A DNA stretch of 64,000 bases from the IMG/VR virus record IMGVR_UViG_3300028416_000015. One strand, given 5' to 3'. A program made the position numbers and the translations under genes. The stretch comes from an uncultured virus (IMG/VR IMGVR_UViG_3300028416_000015) (taxonomy: Duplodnaviria > Heunggongvirae > Uroviricota > Caudoviricetes > Crassvirales). Under the pieces are notes generated by a model. It was not told the DNA's origin, searched no databases, and saw only the letters and a list, made by a program, of their open reading frames with translations. Each line of letters begins with the position of its first letter. Position 1 is the stretch's first letter. This document shows positions 10,578 to 21,151 of the stretch, one piece after another.

Positions 10578-11480
10578 ATGGCATATATAACTCCGTATCA
10601 GTATTATACAAATGGTGGTGTTACACCTACAGATGATAATTGGGGATCTTACCAATATGTATCTCTTGATGAGATAATGAATAATTTTTTACTAATGTAT
10701 GTTGGTAACGACAAGCAATTAAATAATGTGAAAAGACATGAGGTTTTATTCCATGCTAAACAAGCTATCAAAGGGCTTAGTTATGATGCAATGCGTAATA
10801 ACAAGACAGTTGAATTATTTGTTGGTGATGACCTTAAATTTATACTACCACATGACTACGTTGACTATATTCGTATATCGCTGTATGTTAATGGTGTACT
10901 AAGACCACTTACTGAGAATAGGAGAGCTAACTCAGCACAAGGTTATCTTCAAGATAATAATAACGATGTAATGTTTGATTCTGATGGTCAAGTATTGGTT
11001 GGTCAGTCTAGGCTTGATTTTGATAGACTTAATCAAACAGTTTACACAGGTACAGGTATTTATAACGGTCAGTTAGGCTGGTGTGTTGATGATAATTGGT
11101 ACTTCGGTTATCAAGTAGGGGCTAGATATGGTTTAGATCCATCAGAAGCTAATGCAAATCCAACTTTCAGAATACAGAACGGAGTAATTGACTTTAGTTC
11201 AGGAGTTAACAATCAGTTGGTTGTTTTAGAATATGTATCTGATGGTATGGCTAACGGTAATGAGTCTGATGTGGTTGTACATAAGTTTGCAGAAGAGTAT
11301 GCTTACAGATACATTAAGTTTGGCTTACTTAACGCTAAAGCTAACGTTAATCAGTATGAAAGACAGTTAGCTAAGAAAGAGAAAGATGCAGAGCTTAGGA
11401 ACGCTAAGATAAGATTAAAAGGGATACACCCTTCAAGATTGTTAATGAGTTTAAGAGGTCAAGGTAAAATAATTAAATAA
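10578..11480 (+). CDS. tail ring/adaptor protein
   Basis: LPHDYVDYIRIS motif; position. Confidence 0.55.
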   Translation: MAYITPYQYYTNGGVTPTDDNWGSYQYVSLDEIMNNFLLMYVGNDKQLNNVKRHEVLFHAKQAIKGLSYDAMRNNKTVELFVGDDLKFILPHDYVDYIRISLYVNGVLRPLTENRRANSAQGYLQDNNNDVMFDSDGQVLVGQSRLDFDRLNQTVYTGTGIYNGQLGWCVDDNWYFGYQVGARYGLDPSEANANPTFRIQNGVIDFSSGVNNQLVVLEYVSDGMANGNESDVVVHKFAEEYAYRYIKFGLLNAKANVNQYERQLAKKEKDAELRNAKIRLKGIHPSRLLMSLRGQGKIIK

Positions 11481-11482
11481 GA

Positions 11483-14400
11483 ATGGCTGAATTAAAGAAT
11501 AGCTTTATAGCTGGTAAGATGAATAAAGACCTTGATGAAAGGTTGATTAAAAACGGTGAGTATAGAGATGCTTTAAATATAATAGTTAATTCATCTGAGG
11601 GGTCTGAGGTTGGTTCTGTTCAGAATCTTACGGGTAATACCAAAAGAGCTGATATAGCTACTCTTTCTGGAAGAACTGTATCTGATGCAAAATGTATAGG
11701 TACAGTAAAGAATGAGCCATTAGGGTTAGTTTATTGGTTTGTAGCATCTGATTTCTTTGATGGTATATATGAGTACAATCTAAACACAGGTGTATCTCAA
11801 AGAATACTTCAATCAAATAAAGCTACAGCGAATGATGTAAGTAAGCTTAATTTCAGTCAAGAATATTTAATAACAGGTGTTAATTTTATAGATGGTTTTA
11901 TTTATTGGACCGATAACTACAATCCACCAAGAAAAATAAATATATCGAGGGTTAGGTCTTACTTTGTTGATGATAGTCGTATAGATGATGATATAAGTGT
12001 AATACTAGCACCACCATTATCTTCTCCAAAGATAGAACTATCCTCAGATGGTAATGAGAACTCTAATAATATGGAGGAGAAATTTTTATATTTTTCTTAT
12101 AGGTATAAATATATTGATGATCAATATAGTGCTATATCTCCATTTTCAGCTGTAGCATTTACTCCTAGTTCATTTGGTTTTGATTACGAGAAAGGGAATA
12201 ATATCTCTATGAGTAATGTTTATAACAAAGCAAAGATATACTTCAATACTGGTGGTGTAAATGTAAAAGAGGTTCAGTTACTTGTTAGAGATACTAGAAG
12301 TCTTAATGTATCAATCATAGAAACATTGAGTAAAGAGAAGTACGGATATAATGATTTTACTGAGCAGTTTTTTGAATTTGAAAATAATAAGACTTATTCT
12401 ACGATAACTTCAGACCAAGTTACTAGGTTATTTGACAACGTACCTGTTTTAGCTAAGGCTCAGGACTTTGTTGGTAATAGGTTAATGTATGGTAACTATA
12501 CTCAGTTTTTTGATATAAAAGATGATAATGGTGAAGATATTAAGATAGATTTAAGTTTAAACCTTGTTGATGGGATACCTACAGTTGAAGATACTCCTAT
12601 ACAGACATTTAGATCTGATAGAGAGTATGAGATTGGTATAGAGTATTTAGATGATTACGGAAGAACATCTACTGTACTCACCTCTCCAAAGAATACAGCA
12701 TATATACCACCTTCAAGGTCTACTGTTGGTAATAGTTTAATGGTGGAGGTTAAGAACAAACCACCTTATTGGGCGACTAAGTTTAGGTTCTTAATGAAGC
12801 AGAACAAGGGAGAGTATTATAATATATTCCCTATATTATTTTATTCTGACGCACTTTATAGGTATTTTAAAATAAATGATTCAGATTTAGATAAATTAAA
12901 GGTAGGAGATTATGTTATACTTAAATCAGATGCTTCTGTTCCTACGTTATCTAATAAAGAATATAAAGTATTAGAAGTAGACACAAAGGGAATAGGGTTC
13001 TTGGGTGGTAGTGAATTAAGCGGTCTTTACTTCAAAATAAAAGTTGATAACGTAACAGAGATAGATGGTGGTCAAGTAACAAGGATTGGATCTAGTGGAT
13101 ATGGGGCAGGTTTTGTTAGAAGGTTATTAACTAATAGAAGCCCTAGGAAGTTGTTTAACACAAATAACGGAAGACCAGTAAATTATGCAGAAACTCCTAT
13201 CCATTATGGTAACGGTAATCCAGATGCTGTAACATTAGTTAACGCTGCTACTACTGCCACTTTATCTTCTAGGTATACTATTTATATTACTTCACTTACA
13301 GAATTTAAGATATATAAGAGAGTTATAAACGAGGACTCTTCATCTTTAGGAGTATTAGTCTATACAGGTACAATATCTCAAGGTACTACAATTACTTTGG
13401 GAGGTATTCCATTTTCTTTTAAATTCTCATCAACTTCATTGGTTGTAGGTGATAGATATATAGTAAATTTTAGGGGATACCTATTAAGAGATGTGTATTA
13501 CGACAATACATATGATGGGTACAATACAGCTGTACTTCCTGTTAATTCTGCTCCAAATTTTGAAATAAAAAGAGGAGCTGTTATAACTTTAAGAGTTGTT
13601 ACTGATAAGTTTAATAATTACGTCAATACTACATCACAAACTTTTGATCCTTCACCAGCTGACTATCTAAATATAGAGGAGTGGTGGCATGAGTCTGGAG
13701 CTAGTGATGATTTTATATTCTATAGTAAAGGTGGAACAAATGTAGGAGAGAGAGCTGTTACTTTCGCTAGAGGTAACGTAGGTAGAGCTGGAGGAACTAA
13801 CTCAAATATAACTAACAACTTTATTACACAAGCTGATACTATAAACAATACTAGATTGCTTCCATTAAATATGTTGGTTTCATCTACAGTTTTAGTTAAC
13901 GACAGTGATTCTTTCCCTAGTAATACACAGCCAGAATTAGTGGTTAATCTTTCAATAACTCAGTCTGATAAGTCTATAGTGTTTGAAACAGAAGGGAAGT
14001 CAATAGATAGCGATATATTCCATGAATTAAGTAACACCTATAGAATAGAGAGTAATTTACACAAAGTGTTTTGGTCTTACGAAGATTATACTGTTGCTGC
14101 AGGTTCTCTAACTAATCTAGGTCAAGCAGTACCAGGTACAACACCAACAGCTTCAGATGTACCTCATAGGTTCTCAGTTGGTGAGAGTATATACGTGTTG
14201 TCTGATGACACTAATAATATGCCAACAGGTACATATACCATAACATCTATTCCAGATGCTTATAACGTAATTATTGATTTAGCTTTCCCTGGCTCTGGAC
14301 CAGTTACAGGAGGTAGAATATCTTATACTTTTGAGGACCAAGACCAAGCAAATTATTCTACTCAACCATTAAAGGTTAGGCTGAATAACGTAGGAACTAA

Positions 14401-15409
14401 GAATACTGATTATAATGCTTGGGCTTTTGGTAATGGGTTAGAGTCTAACAGAATTTTAGATGATTGGAATGAAACAACTTTAGATTATAGTCTAAGAGTT
14501 AATTCTTTTGTAGAGGACTACAAAGAGAGACATAGTTTTAACGCAATTTGTTACAGTGGTATATACGGAGAGAACACAGGTGTAGATAGGCTTAATGAGT
14601 TTAACTTGTCTTTAGCTAATTTCAAATACTTAGACTTAGATTTCGGATCTATACAGAGATTACACGCTAGAGATAACGACTTACTTGTTTTACAGCAAGA
14701 TAAAATATCTAAATTACTTTATGGTAAAAACTTATTATTTGATGCTGTAGGTGGAGGTCAAGTAGCTTCCATACCTGAAGTATTAGGTAATCAAATATCA
14801 TATCCTTATGAGTATGGTATAAGTAATAATCCAGAAAGTTTTGCTGTATGGGGTAATGAGTTATTCTTTACTGATGAGCGAAGAGGTTCTGTAATTAAAA
14901 TACAAGGAGATAGTTTAGATGTAATATCTAAATATGGAATGAGAGGTCATTTTAGAGATTTAATGATAGAGAATAAGAATACTCAGAAATTAGGTGCTTA
15001 TGATCCATTCTTAAATATGTATGTACTTTCTAGTAATACAAACTCTATAAATCCATGTAATTTAAGAATTAGCAGAAATGAGTTTACATACAATAGAGAT
15101 GCTTATCCTCAAACTGCTCTTTTTAAGATAATTACAGACCAAGCTTGGAGTATATCACTTGCAAGTGATGGATTTGGGACTGATTGGGTTTCAACACTTA
15201 CTTCTCTTAGTGGGACTGGAGATAAAGTAGTTTCTGCATCTATAGCAAGAAATAACACTGGTTCACCAAGAACTTTAAGATACATTGTAACATATTGTGA
15301 CAAAACAGTTACCTTTACACTTAGACAAGGAACGTCTAGCTACAAAGAGATTGTTAACATCGTTTTCAATAATAACACTCGTGGCGTAGGTGATAGTTCT
15401 GCAGGATAA
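11483..15409 (+). CDS. tail stabilization (muzzle) protein, N-terminal/major part
   Basis: N-terminal F..GKMNKDLDERL...GEYRDALN and late YGISNNPESFA...FTD..RG.V motifs. Confidence 0.7.
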   Translation: MAELKNSFIAGKMNKDLDERLIKNGEYRDALNIIVNSSEGSEVGSVQNLTGNTKRADIATLSGRTVSDAKCIGTVKNEPLGLVYWFVASDFFDGIYEYNLNTGVSQRILQSNKATANDVSKLNFSQEYLITGVNFIDGFIYWTDNYNPPRKINISRVRSYFVDDSRIDDDISVILAPPLSSPKIELSSDGNENSNNMEEKFLYFSYRYKYIDDQYSAISPFSAVAFTPSSFGFDYEKGNNISMSNVYNKAKIYFNTGGVNVKEVQLLVRDTRSLNVSIIETLSKEKYGYNDFTEQFFEFENNKTYSTITSDQVTRLFDNVPVLAKAQDFVGNRLMYGNYTQFFDIKDDNGEDIKIDLSLNLVDGIPTVEDTPIQTFRSDREYEIGIEYLDDYGRTSTVLTSPKNTAYIPPSRSTVGNSLMVEVKNKPPYWATKFRFLMKQNKGEYYNIFPILFYSDALYRYFKINDSDLDKLKVGDYVILKSDASVPTLSNKEYKVLEVDTKGIGFLGGSELSGLYFKIKVDNVTEIDGGQVTRIGSSGYGAGFVRRLLTNRSPRKLFNTNNGRPVNYAETPIHYGNGNPDAVTLVNAATTATLSSRYTIYITSLTEFKIYKRVINEDSSSLGVLVYTGTISQGTTITLGGIPFSFKFSSTSLVVGDRYIVNFRGYLLRDVYYDNTYDGYNTAVLPVNSAPNFEIKRGAVITLRVVTDKFNNYVNTTSQTFDPSPADYLNIEEWWHESGASDDFIFYSKGGTNVGERAVTFARGNVGRAGGTNSNITNNFITQADTINNTRLLPLNMLVSSTVLVNDSDSFPSNTQPELVVNLSITQSDKSIVFETEGKSIDSDIFHELSNTYRIESNLHKVFWSYEDYTVAAGSLTNLGQAVPGTTPTASDVPHRFSVGESIYVLSDDTNNMPTGTYTITSIPDAYNVIIDLAFPGSGPVTGGRISYTFEDQDQANYSTQPLKVRLNNVGTKNTDYNAWAFGNGLESNRILDDWNETTLDYSLRVNSFVEDYKERHSFNAICYSGIYGENTGVDRLNEFNLSLANFKYLDLDFGSIQRLHARDNDLLVLQQDKISKLLYGKNLLFDAVGGGQVASIPEVLGNQISYPYEYGISNNPESFAVWGNELFFTDERRGSVIKIQGDSLDVISKYGMRGHFRDLMIENKNTQKLGAYDPFLNMYVLSSNTNSINPCNLRISRNEFTYNRDAYPQTALFKIITDQAWSISLASDGFGTDWVSTLTSLSGTGDKVVSASIARNNTGSPRTLRYIVTYCDKTVTFTLRQGTSSYKEIVNIVFNNNTRGVGDSSAG

Positions 15410-15421
15410 TAAATATATAAT

Positions 15422-18361
15422 ATGAAAACAGATCAAAAATTTTCCTACACAGGTAGTGACACTTATGAGCTTAGTAATGTATCTTTAACAGATAATGGTA
15501 TATCTTTATTTGACTCTATCTCAGGCACAGGTGGAGTTGGGTATATACCTAACAATGGTGATACGGTTACAGTAAAGACAGGTGCTATAACTGCTACGGA
15601 TAATACAAAAATATTTGAACCATCTCTAAGTAATAAGATATATTATTTAGTTAGTGATGTTAGATACACAGAGTCAGATAAGGCAACTATATTGTCTTTG
15701 GCTACAGAGATAACAGTATATCTTAACGGTAGTAATGAATATGAGGGTTCTTTTGTTTATAATAACCCAGATGACTTACCTTATATCTATTTAATATTCG
15801 ACTATACAGATAAATTTGTGGGCAATGTTGTATCTTATTCTGGTGGAGCGAACACTAAGTTTATAGATGTAGATTTCGGCACTGATGTAGGTAGAGCTGA
15901 TATTAATTACAACAACACTGGTTCGCCTAGTAGGTTTGTTCTTAAATGGAATGGTGTTCAAGTTGGAGATACAGGGTATGTTGGTTTAAACAGCACTGCT
16001 AACTATGATGCTTTAATAGCATTAGGTGTAGATGACTCAGAAATATCGCTACAATTACCTTTAGATGGATTGGTTAATAATGGAGCAGGTAATATAGACT
16101 TTAAGAAATATTCCTCTTCCTTAAATGAAGCATCATTGGAGGTTTATTCTCCATTAGCTTCTGTTAGTTGGTCTGTTACAAAGACTGACCCACAGTTGAC
16201 TAGCTTTTATATTGACACAGATAACGGTACTTTAGCAGACATAGACACGCAATTCGCTGATACTCAATACTATCACAATGGCTCAAATCCATTACCTACA
16301 ACTGGGGATAGTATTTACACAGATGCAGATGGTCTACTTCCTTTTGATGGAGGTAACGCTTTACATTTAATTAGTACGGTTATTCAAGCTTCTCCTCCTG
16401 CTTCAGGTGGTGAATATGTTTCTATTGATGATAATGGTTTAATATACGATGAGGGTTTTGTAGACTGTCAAGAAACAGCTGTTCCTTTTATAAACCAAAC
16501 TGATATAACTTTTACTACTTCTAGTATTGTTAATTATAAGCTACAAGCATCAGGAAATCCAACATCTTGGGCTTTAACTACCGACTGTGTTGAGTATGAA
16601 TTAGATGGAGGATCTAAAGGTAGTATTTTTAGTTACATAACTTGTAAAGGAGAGTCAAGAGATATATCTGTAGGTGTAGATGAGACCATTACAGTTAATT
16701 CTAGTGTTAATCCGACATTATCTTTAGGTAATGGTACTTATGTATCTTTAGGATCAAATTATAACGACGTTCTGCCAAATGGTTTATTCTTTGATGAGAG
16801 TGAAGGATTATTGTATGGTCAAACAGAAGGCTCTTGCTCTTACTCGTTTGAGTTTACTGCTACTAACTGTTTTGGAGATAGTTCTCCTAAAACTGTAGCT
16901 ATTAATTTCATATCTGATAGTAAGTTAACACCATTCGCTATAGATGTAGAGAATGTTGGTGATACAGGTGATGCTGCTTGTGTTGTAACTCCAATATACA
17001 CTTTACTTTATCATACAGGTCTTGGTAGAGTTCCAGATGTAGGTGATTATATTTATACAACTCCTAATGGGGAAACACCTCTTATGGGTGGTAATGTTTG
17101 GTATAAGATTGATAATTCCACATACACAATTAAAGTTTGTGAGAATGGAGAAGTGTGTGATAAGAACGAGTGCCCTGCAGTGACTACTACTACGACTACT
17201 ACAACTACAACTACGACTACTACAACTTTACCTGCAACTGGAAATTGGTACACAGCCGAGTTGTGCTCAGATAGTTCAGTTACAGCTGTTCTATATGACT
17301 CAACTTCAGCAACAATAGTAGCTACAGATATAGTTAAAACTACAGATAATAACTGTTGGGAGATAACTGGAACAACTACTGCTAGTTATCCTTACGTATC
17401 TATAGAGAATCCTGTTGTTATTTACGCAGATTGCGATACTTGTTTGAGTATTACAACTACAACTACTACAACTACTACGACTGCTGCTCCAACTTGTACA
17501 GGGTACGACATGGGTGATATAGCTAGAGCTACTTCATTCTTAGCTTGTACTAATGATCCAGGAGTTTATACTACATATTATCATAACGGTTCAGGAGCTA
17601 AACCTATAGTCAATGATTTCATATCTACAGATGCAGCTTGTACCACACCATTCAACGGTGCTAGTAGTTGGTATTATATGCCGAACACTGGTGATTATGC
17701 GATAAGGATAGCATCTACAGGTCAAGTATTAGATGTTGTTGATTGTTCTGGTGTTACAACAACTACAACCACTACAACTGCTGCTTTTACTAGGTATTTA
17801 GGAGATAGATGTGATGGAGGAGGTACAGATTATCCATTAGAGTACGCATCAGCAACACTATTAGAAGTTGGTGATGTTGTTAAAGATAATACAGGTGTGT
17901 GTTACACTATAACAGAAGTTAGTCCTTTAACTATTACGTGGGATGAAGCGGTTATTTTTTATGGAGGTTTTACTTATATTTTATTTACTTATGGGAATTG
18001 TGTTGATTGTGCTGATACTACGACAACTACGACTACTACTACTACTACAAGTACGACTACTACGAGCACTACGACTACGAGTACGACGACGACTACGACA
18101 ACTACTTTACCTCCGTTGACAGCTGTTAACTTAAGGTATTATTTTAATGCAGCAGATGCAACTGATTCTTATCCTGTGTTTTCTGGAACTATATCTACTT
18201 ATTATATAGATGGTCCTGTGGGAACAAATCCTAACAAGATATACCAATGGACAGGAACTGAGTATGGATTAGTCGGTAAAGGATGGTTTAATCAAGTAGG
18301 ATCTTCTACAGGTTATTTTTGGGGAGGTGGTGATTACTCAGGAGGAACTGTTACAAAATGA
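15422..18361 (+). CDS. Cys-rich virion/adhesin-like protein with four poly-Thr (mucin-like) tracts
   Basis: Tracts of 15, 10, 8 and 30 (T/S) residues; three YH.G...P..(G/N)D.I.T repeats; Ig-like LP.GL.FD...G.LYG. Confidence 0.75.
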   Translation: MKTDQKFSYTGSDTYELSNVSLTDNGISLFDSISGTGGVGYIPNNGDTVTVKTGAITATDNTKIFEPSLSNKIYYLVSDVRYTESDKATILSLATEITVYLNGSNEYEGSFVYNNPDDLPYIYLIFDYTDKFVGNVVSYSGGANTKFIDVDFGTDVGRADINYNNTGSPSRFVLKWNGVQVGDTGYVGLNSTANYDALIALGVDDSEISLQLPLDGLVNNGAGNIDFKKYSSSLNEASLEVYSPLASVSWSVTKTDPQLTSFYIDTDNGTLADIDTQFADTQYYHNGSNPLPTTGDSIYTDADGLLPFDGGNALHLISTVIQASPPASGGEYVSIDDNGLIYDEGFVDCQETAVPFINQTDITFTTSSIVNYKLQASGNPTSWALTTDCVEYELDGGSKGSIFSYITCKGESRDISVGVDETITVNSSVNPTLSLGNGTYVSLGSNYNDVLPNGLFFDESEGLLYGQTEGSCSYSFEFTATNCFGDSSPKTVAINFISDSKLTPFAIDVENVGDTGDAACVVTPIYTLLYHTGLGRVPDVGDYIYTTPNGETPLMGGNVWYKIDNSTYTIKVCENGEVCDKNECPAVTTTTTTTTTTTTTTTLPATGNWYTAELCSDSSVTAVLYDSTSATIVATDIVKTTDNNCWEITGTTTASYPYVSIENPVVIYADCDTCLSITTTTTTTTTTAAPTCTGYDMGDIARATSFLACTNDPGVYTTYYHNGSGAKPIVNDFISTDAACTTPFNGASSWYYMPNTGDYAIRIASTGQVLDVVDCSGVTTTTTTTTAAFTRYLGDRCDGGGTDYPLEYASATLLEVGDVVKDNTGVCYTITEVSPLTITWDEAVIFYGGFTYILFTYGNCVDCADTTTTTTTTTTTSTTTTSTTTTSTTTTTTTTLPPLTAVNLRYYFNAADATDSYPVFSGTISTYYIDGPVGTNPNKIYQWTGTEYGLVGKGWFNQVGSSTGYFWGGGDYSGGTVTK

Positions 18362-19275
18362 ATCTAAGATTATTATCAGCCCAACCTGCTACAGATTATT
18401 ATGCGTGGCAGGTTGAGGTTTACCTACATAATTTCTTGAAGCTAGGATATAACGGTAACTACATAGATGTAGTATCAGGTTATAGAGGATTAGTGCCAGA
18501 GTCTTGGAGGAAGATTCAGCAGAAATTCCCCTACGTTAGATTCTTCTTTTACGAAAATAAAATGGCAGATGGGCTGTATTCACCTGCTATTCAAGCACAT
18601 ATACTAGAACAACACTTTAAACAACACCCATATTTACAAAATGATGCAATCTTTTTCCACGACTGTGATTTTATCTTTACGAAGTTTTTTGATTTCAGCC
18701 CTTATCTTAATGACGATAATTGGTATTTTTCTGACACAATTTCTTACATTGGTAGTGAATACATCAGAAGCAAAGGCGAGGAAGTTCTTGATGCTATGTG
18801 TAAGACTATCGGAATATCTAAAGAGATTGTCATACAGAACCAAAAGAAAAGTGGTGGAGCTCAAAAATTAATGAAGAATGTAACAGCAGATTATTGGAGA
18901 GAAGTATATGAAAACTCTATTAATCTGTATGAAACTCTAAAGTCAGTAAGCCATATCAAAAAAGAAGGAGATCCAAACGGAATACAAGTATGGACAGCTA
19001 GTATGTGGTCTGAACTATGGACAGCTTGGAAGAGAGGTTTCAATACAGAAGTACCTAGAGAGTTTGACTTCTGTTGGGCTACTTGTCCGATAGAAAGATG
19101 GAGCGATGTTTCATTCTTCCATAACGCTGGGGTTGCAGACAACAAGAGTGGTATGTTCTTTAAAGCTGAATATATAGACAAGCTTCCATACGCAACAAAT
19201 CTACAGATTAATGATAAGAGATGCTCTTACAACTACTACAAACAGTTGAAAAGTATTAACTCTTGTTTGGTATAA
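18358..19275 (+). CDS. GT-A glycosyltransferase, HPAT/SERGT (GT95/GT96)-like
   Basis: N-terminal YY.WQ..V..H.F, DxD (FFHDCDFIF), W..SMW and FFH motifs. Confidence 0.65.
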   Translation: MNLRLLSAQPATDYYAWQVEVYLHNFLKLGYNGNYIDVVSGYRGLVPESWRKIQQKFPYVRFFFYENKMADGLYSPAIQAHILEQHFKQHPYLQNDAIFFHDCDFIFTKFFDFSPYLNDDNWYFSDTISYIGSEYIRSKGEEVLDAMCKTIGISKEIVIQNQKKSGGAQKLMKNVTADYWREVYENSINLYETLKSVSHIKKEGDPNGIQVWTASMWSELWTAWKRGFNTEVPREFDFCWATCPIERWSDVSFFHNAGVADNKSGMFFKAEYIDKLPYATNLQINDKRCSYNYYKQLKSINSCLV

Positions 19276-19293
19276 TATTCTTATATTTGCATA

Positions 19294-20037
19294 ATGGCTA
19301 ATGAAACAATAACATATTCAAGTGGTAATCAAGGCTGGACTTCTTTTTGGTCATATTTGCCTGATTTTATGGTTGGTATAAACAGTACCTTCTTGACGAT
19401 GAAAGATGGTAGTCTTTACGAGCACAACTCTAATGCTACTAGAAATGATTTCTATGGAGCACAATATGAATCTAGTGTAACAACTGTATTCAATCAAGGT
19501 AACACAGAAGTTAAGATGTTTAAGACGTTAGAACTAGATGGTAATCTTCCATGGATGGCTACAACTACAACAGACTTAGATAATGGAACTATTGACTCAA
19601 GTTATTTTGATGAGAAAGAAGGGTCTTGGTTTGCGTACATAAGAAGACCAGATGATGGCTCTTATGACGCTAGAGCAATATCTACTCAAGGAATAGGAGA
19701 AACTAGTTTTGGATCATCTTTCCCTGTACCAAACACTATTGATTTTGCTTTCAATATACAGTCATCAGTAGCTGTTGGAGATAAGGTTTACAGAATTAAC
19801 AATGGTTCGTTAGAATTATTAGGAACAGTTTTGGTGCATAGTCAGAGATCCATAACTATGAACAACCTATCTGGTGTTTCAGCTGTAATGGGAGACATGA
19901 TAGTTATAGCTAAAAACTCACAAGCAGAGTCGTTTGGTGCTAGAGGTTATTACATGGAGGTTAAGCTAGATGTTACTTCTTCTAGTGAAGCAGAACTATT
20001 CGCTGTTACAAGTCAGATATTTAAAAGTTATCCATGA
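19294..20037 (+). CDS. stabilization-protein C-terminal-like virion protein
   Basis: TITYS....GWTSF.SY.P...G.LY.H...RN.FYG...VK.F.TL.L.G pattern. Confidence 0.6.
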   Translation: MANETITYSSGNQGWTSFWSYLPDFMVGINSTFLTMKDGSLYEHNSNATRNDFYGAQYESSVTTVFNQGNTEVKMFKTLELDGNLPWMATTTTDLDNGTIDSSYFDEKEGSWFAYIRRPDDGSYDARAISTQGIGETSFGSSFPVPNTIDFAFNIQSSVAVGDKVYRINNGSLELLGTVLVHSQRSITMNNLSGVSAVMGDMIVIAKNSQAESFGARGYYMEVKLDVTSSSEAELFAVTSQIFKSYP

Positions 20038-20441
20038 AAGTAAGACCTTTAGAATTTAATGATTATGACAATATTCTCTCAAAATGGTGGAAAGATTGGA
20101 GATGGGAAGCACCACCTAGAGATATGTTACCAGAGAACGGAACAGGAGGAGTTATTGTATCTATAGATGGAGTAGATGTTTGTGCAGGATTTCTGTATTT
20201 AACAAACTCTAATACAGCATGGGTAGAATTTATAATATCCAACTTTGAGTATAAAAATAAAGATAGACATGAAGCTATAATTTTCTTAATAAATGTATTA
20301 ACAGAATTAGCTAAATCAAAAGGAAATAAGTATATTTACACATCATTAAAGAACGCAAGTTTGATAGGTAAATATGAAGAATGTGGTTTTAAAAAAGGCA
20401 GTGATAATTGCCAAGAAATGATAAAAATATTATGGCAGTAG
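20034..20441 (+). CDS. GNAT-fold protein
   Basis: VCAGFLY...AW.EFI...LAK.KG.KYI...YE.CGF pattern; precedes the ejection genes. Confidence 0.55.
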   Translation: MKVRPLEFNDYDNILSKWWKDWRWEAPPRDMLPENGTGGVIVSIDGVDVCAGFLYLTNSNTAWVEFIISNFEYKNKDRHEAIIFLINVLTELAKSKGNKYIYTSLKNASLIGKYEECGFKKGSDNCQEMIKILWQ

Positions 20442-21148
20442 CAACATCAACAATAGCAGCAGGTACAGCTTTAGCAGGACTAGGAATGTCTGCAAGTCAA
20501 GCTGTAAAAGCACAGAAAGATAGAAAGAACGCTCAAGCAGCAGCTTCTAAAGCAGCTAGAGAGATAAGAGATATGGAGCAAATGAATGCTTATTCAGACT
20601 TACAAGTTCCTACATTAGGATTTGAATTAGCTCAACAAGGGTTAGACAAGTCTACTATTGCTGCATTACAAACAGCACAAGGAGCAGGGGCAGAAGGAGT
20701 TATTGGTGGTGTAGGTAGGATAAATGAAGCAGCAAACGCTCAACAGTTGAAATTAGCATCTGAGGCTGAGAAAGCTGAGTTCGATAGAGATAAATTGATA
20801 GCAAGTGCACAGCAAGACATATATGACACTAAGTTTGAACAATTATCTGACTTAGAATTGTCTAGGTTGACTGGTGCACAATTAGAAGCGTATAATGCTC
20901 AACTAAGAAGAAACCAAGCAATAGAAGGTGCGTTTGGCTCAGGAGTAGCTGCTTTAGGTTACGCTAATGACTCTATAGATTTGTACAAGAAAGCTAAGGA
21001 TATACCTAATTTAGCTAAATATGCTCCAGAAGGTACGTATACAACTACAGATTCAAAAGGGAATCTTATAAGTACAAACGTAAAGCCTGTTGGTGGGGAC
21101 ATTGATTGGATGTCAAGTTCACCAGGATTAACTAACTTACCAAAATAA
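20432..21148 (+). CDS. putative ejection/internal virion protein
   Basis: Ala/Gly-rich hydrophobic N-terminus MAVATSTIAAG; ATG at 20432 preferred over TTG at 20408. Confidence 0.6.
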   Translation: MAVATSTIAAGTALAGLGMSASQAVKAQKDRKNAQAAASKAAREIRDMEQMNAYSDLQVPTLGFELAQQGLDKSTIAALQTAQGAGAEGVIGGVGRINEAANAQQLKLASEAEKAEFDRDKLIASAQQDIYDTKFEQLSDLELSRLTGAQLEAYNAQLRRNQAIEGAFGSGVAALGYANDSIDLYKKAKDIPNLAKYAPEGTYTTTDSKGNLISTNVKPVGGDIDWMSSSPGLTNLPK

Positions 21149-21151
21149 GAA

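Noticed and set aside
17053..17253. Poly-Val antisense ORF
   Set aside because: Mirror of the poly-Thr codons on the plus strand
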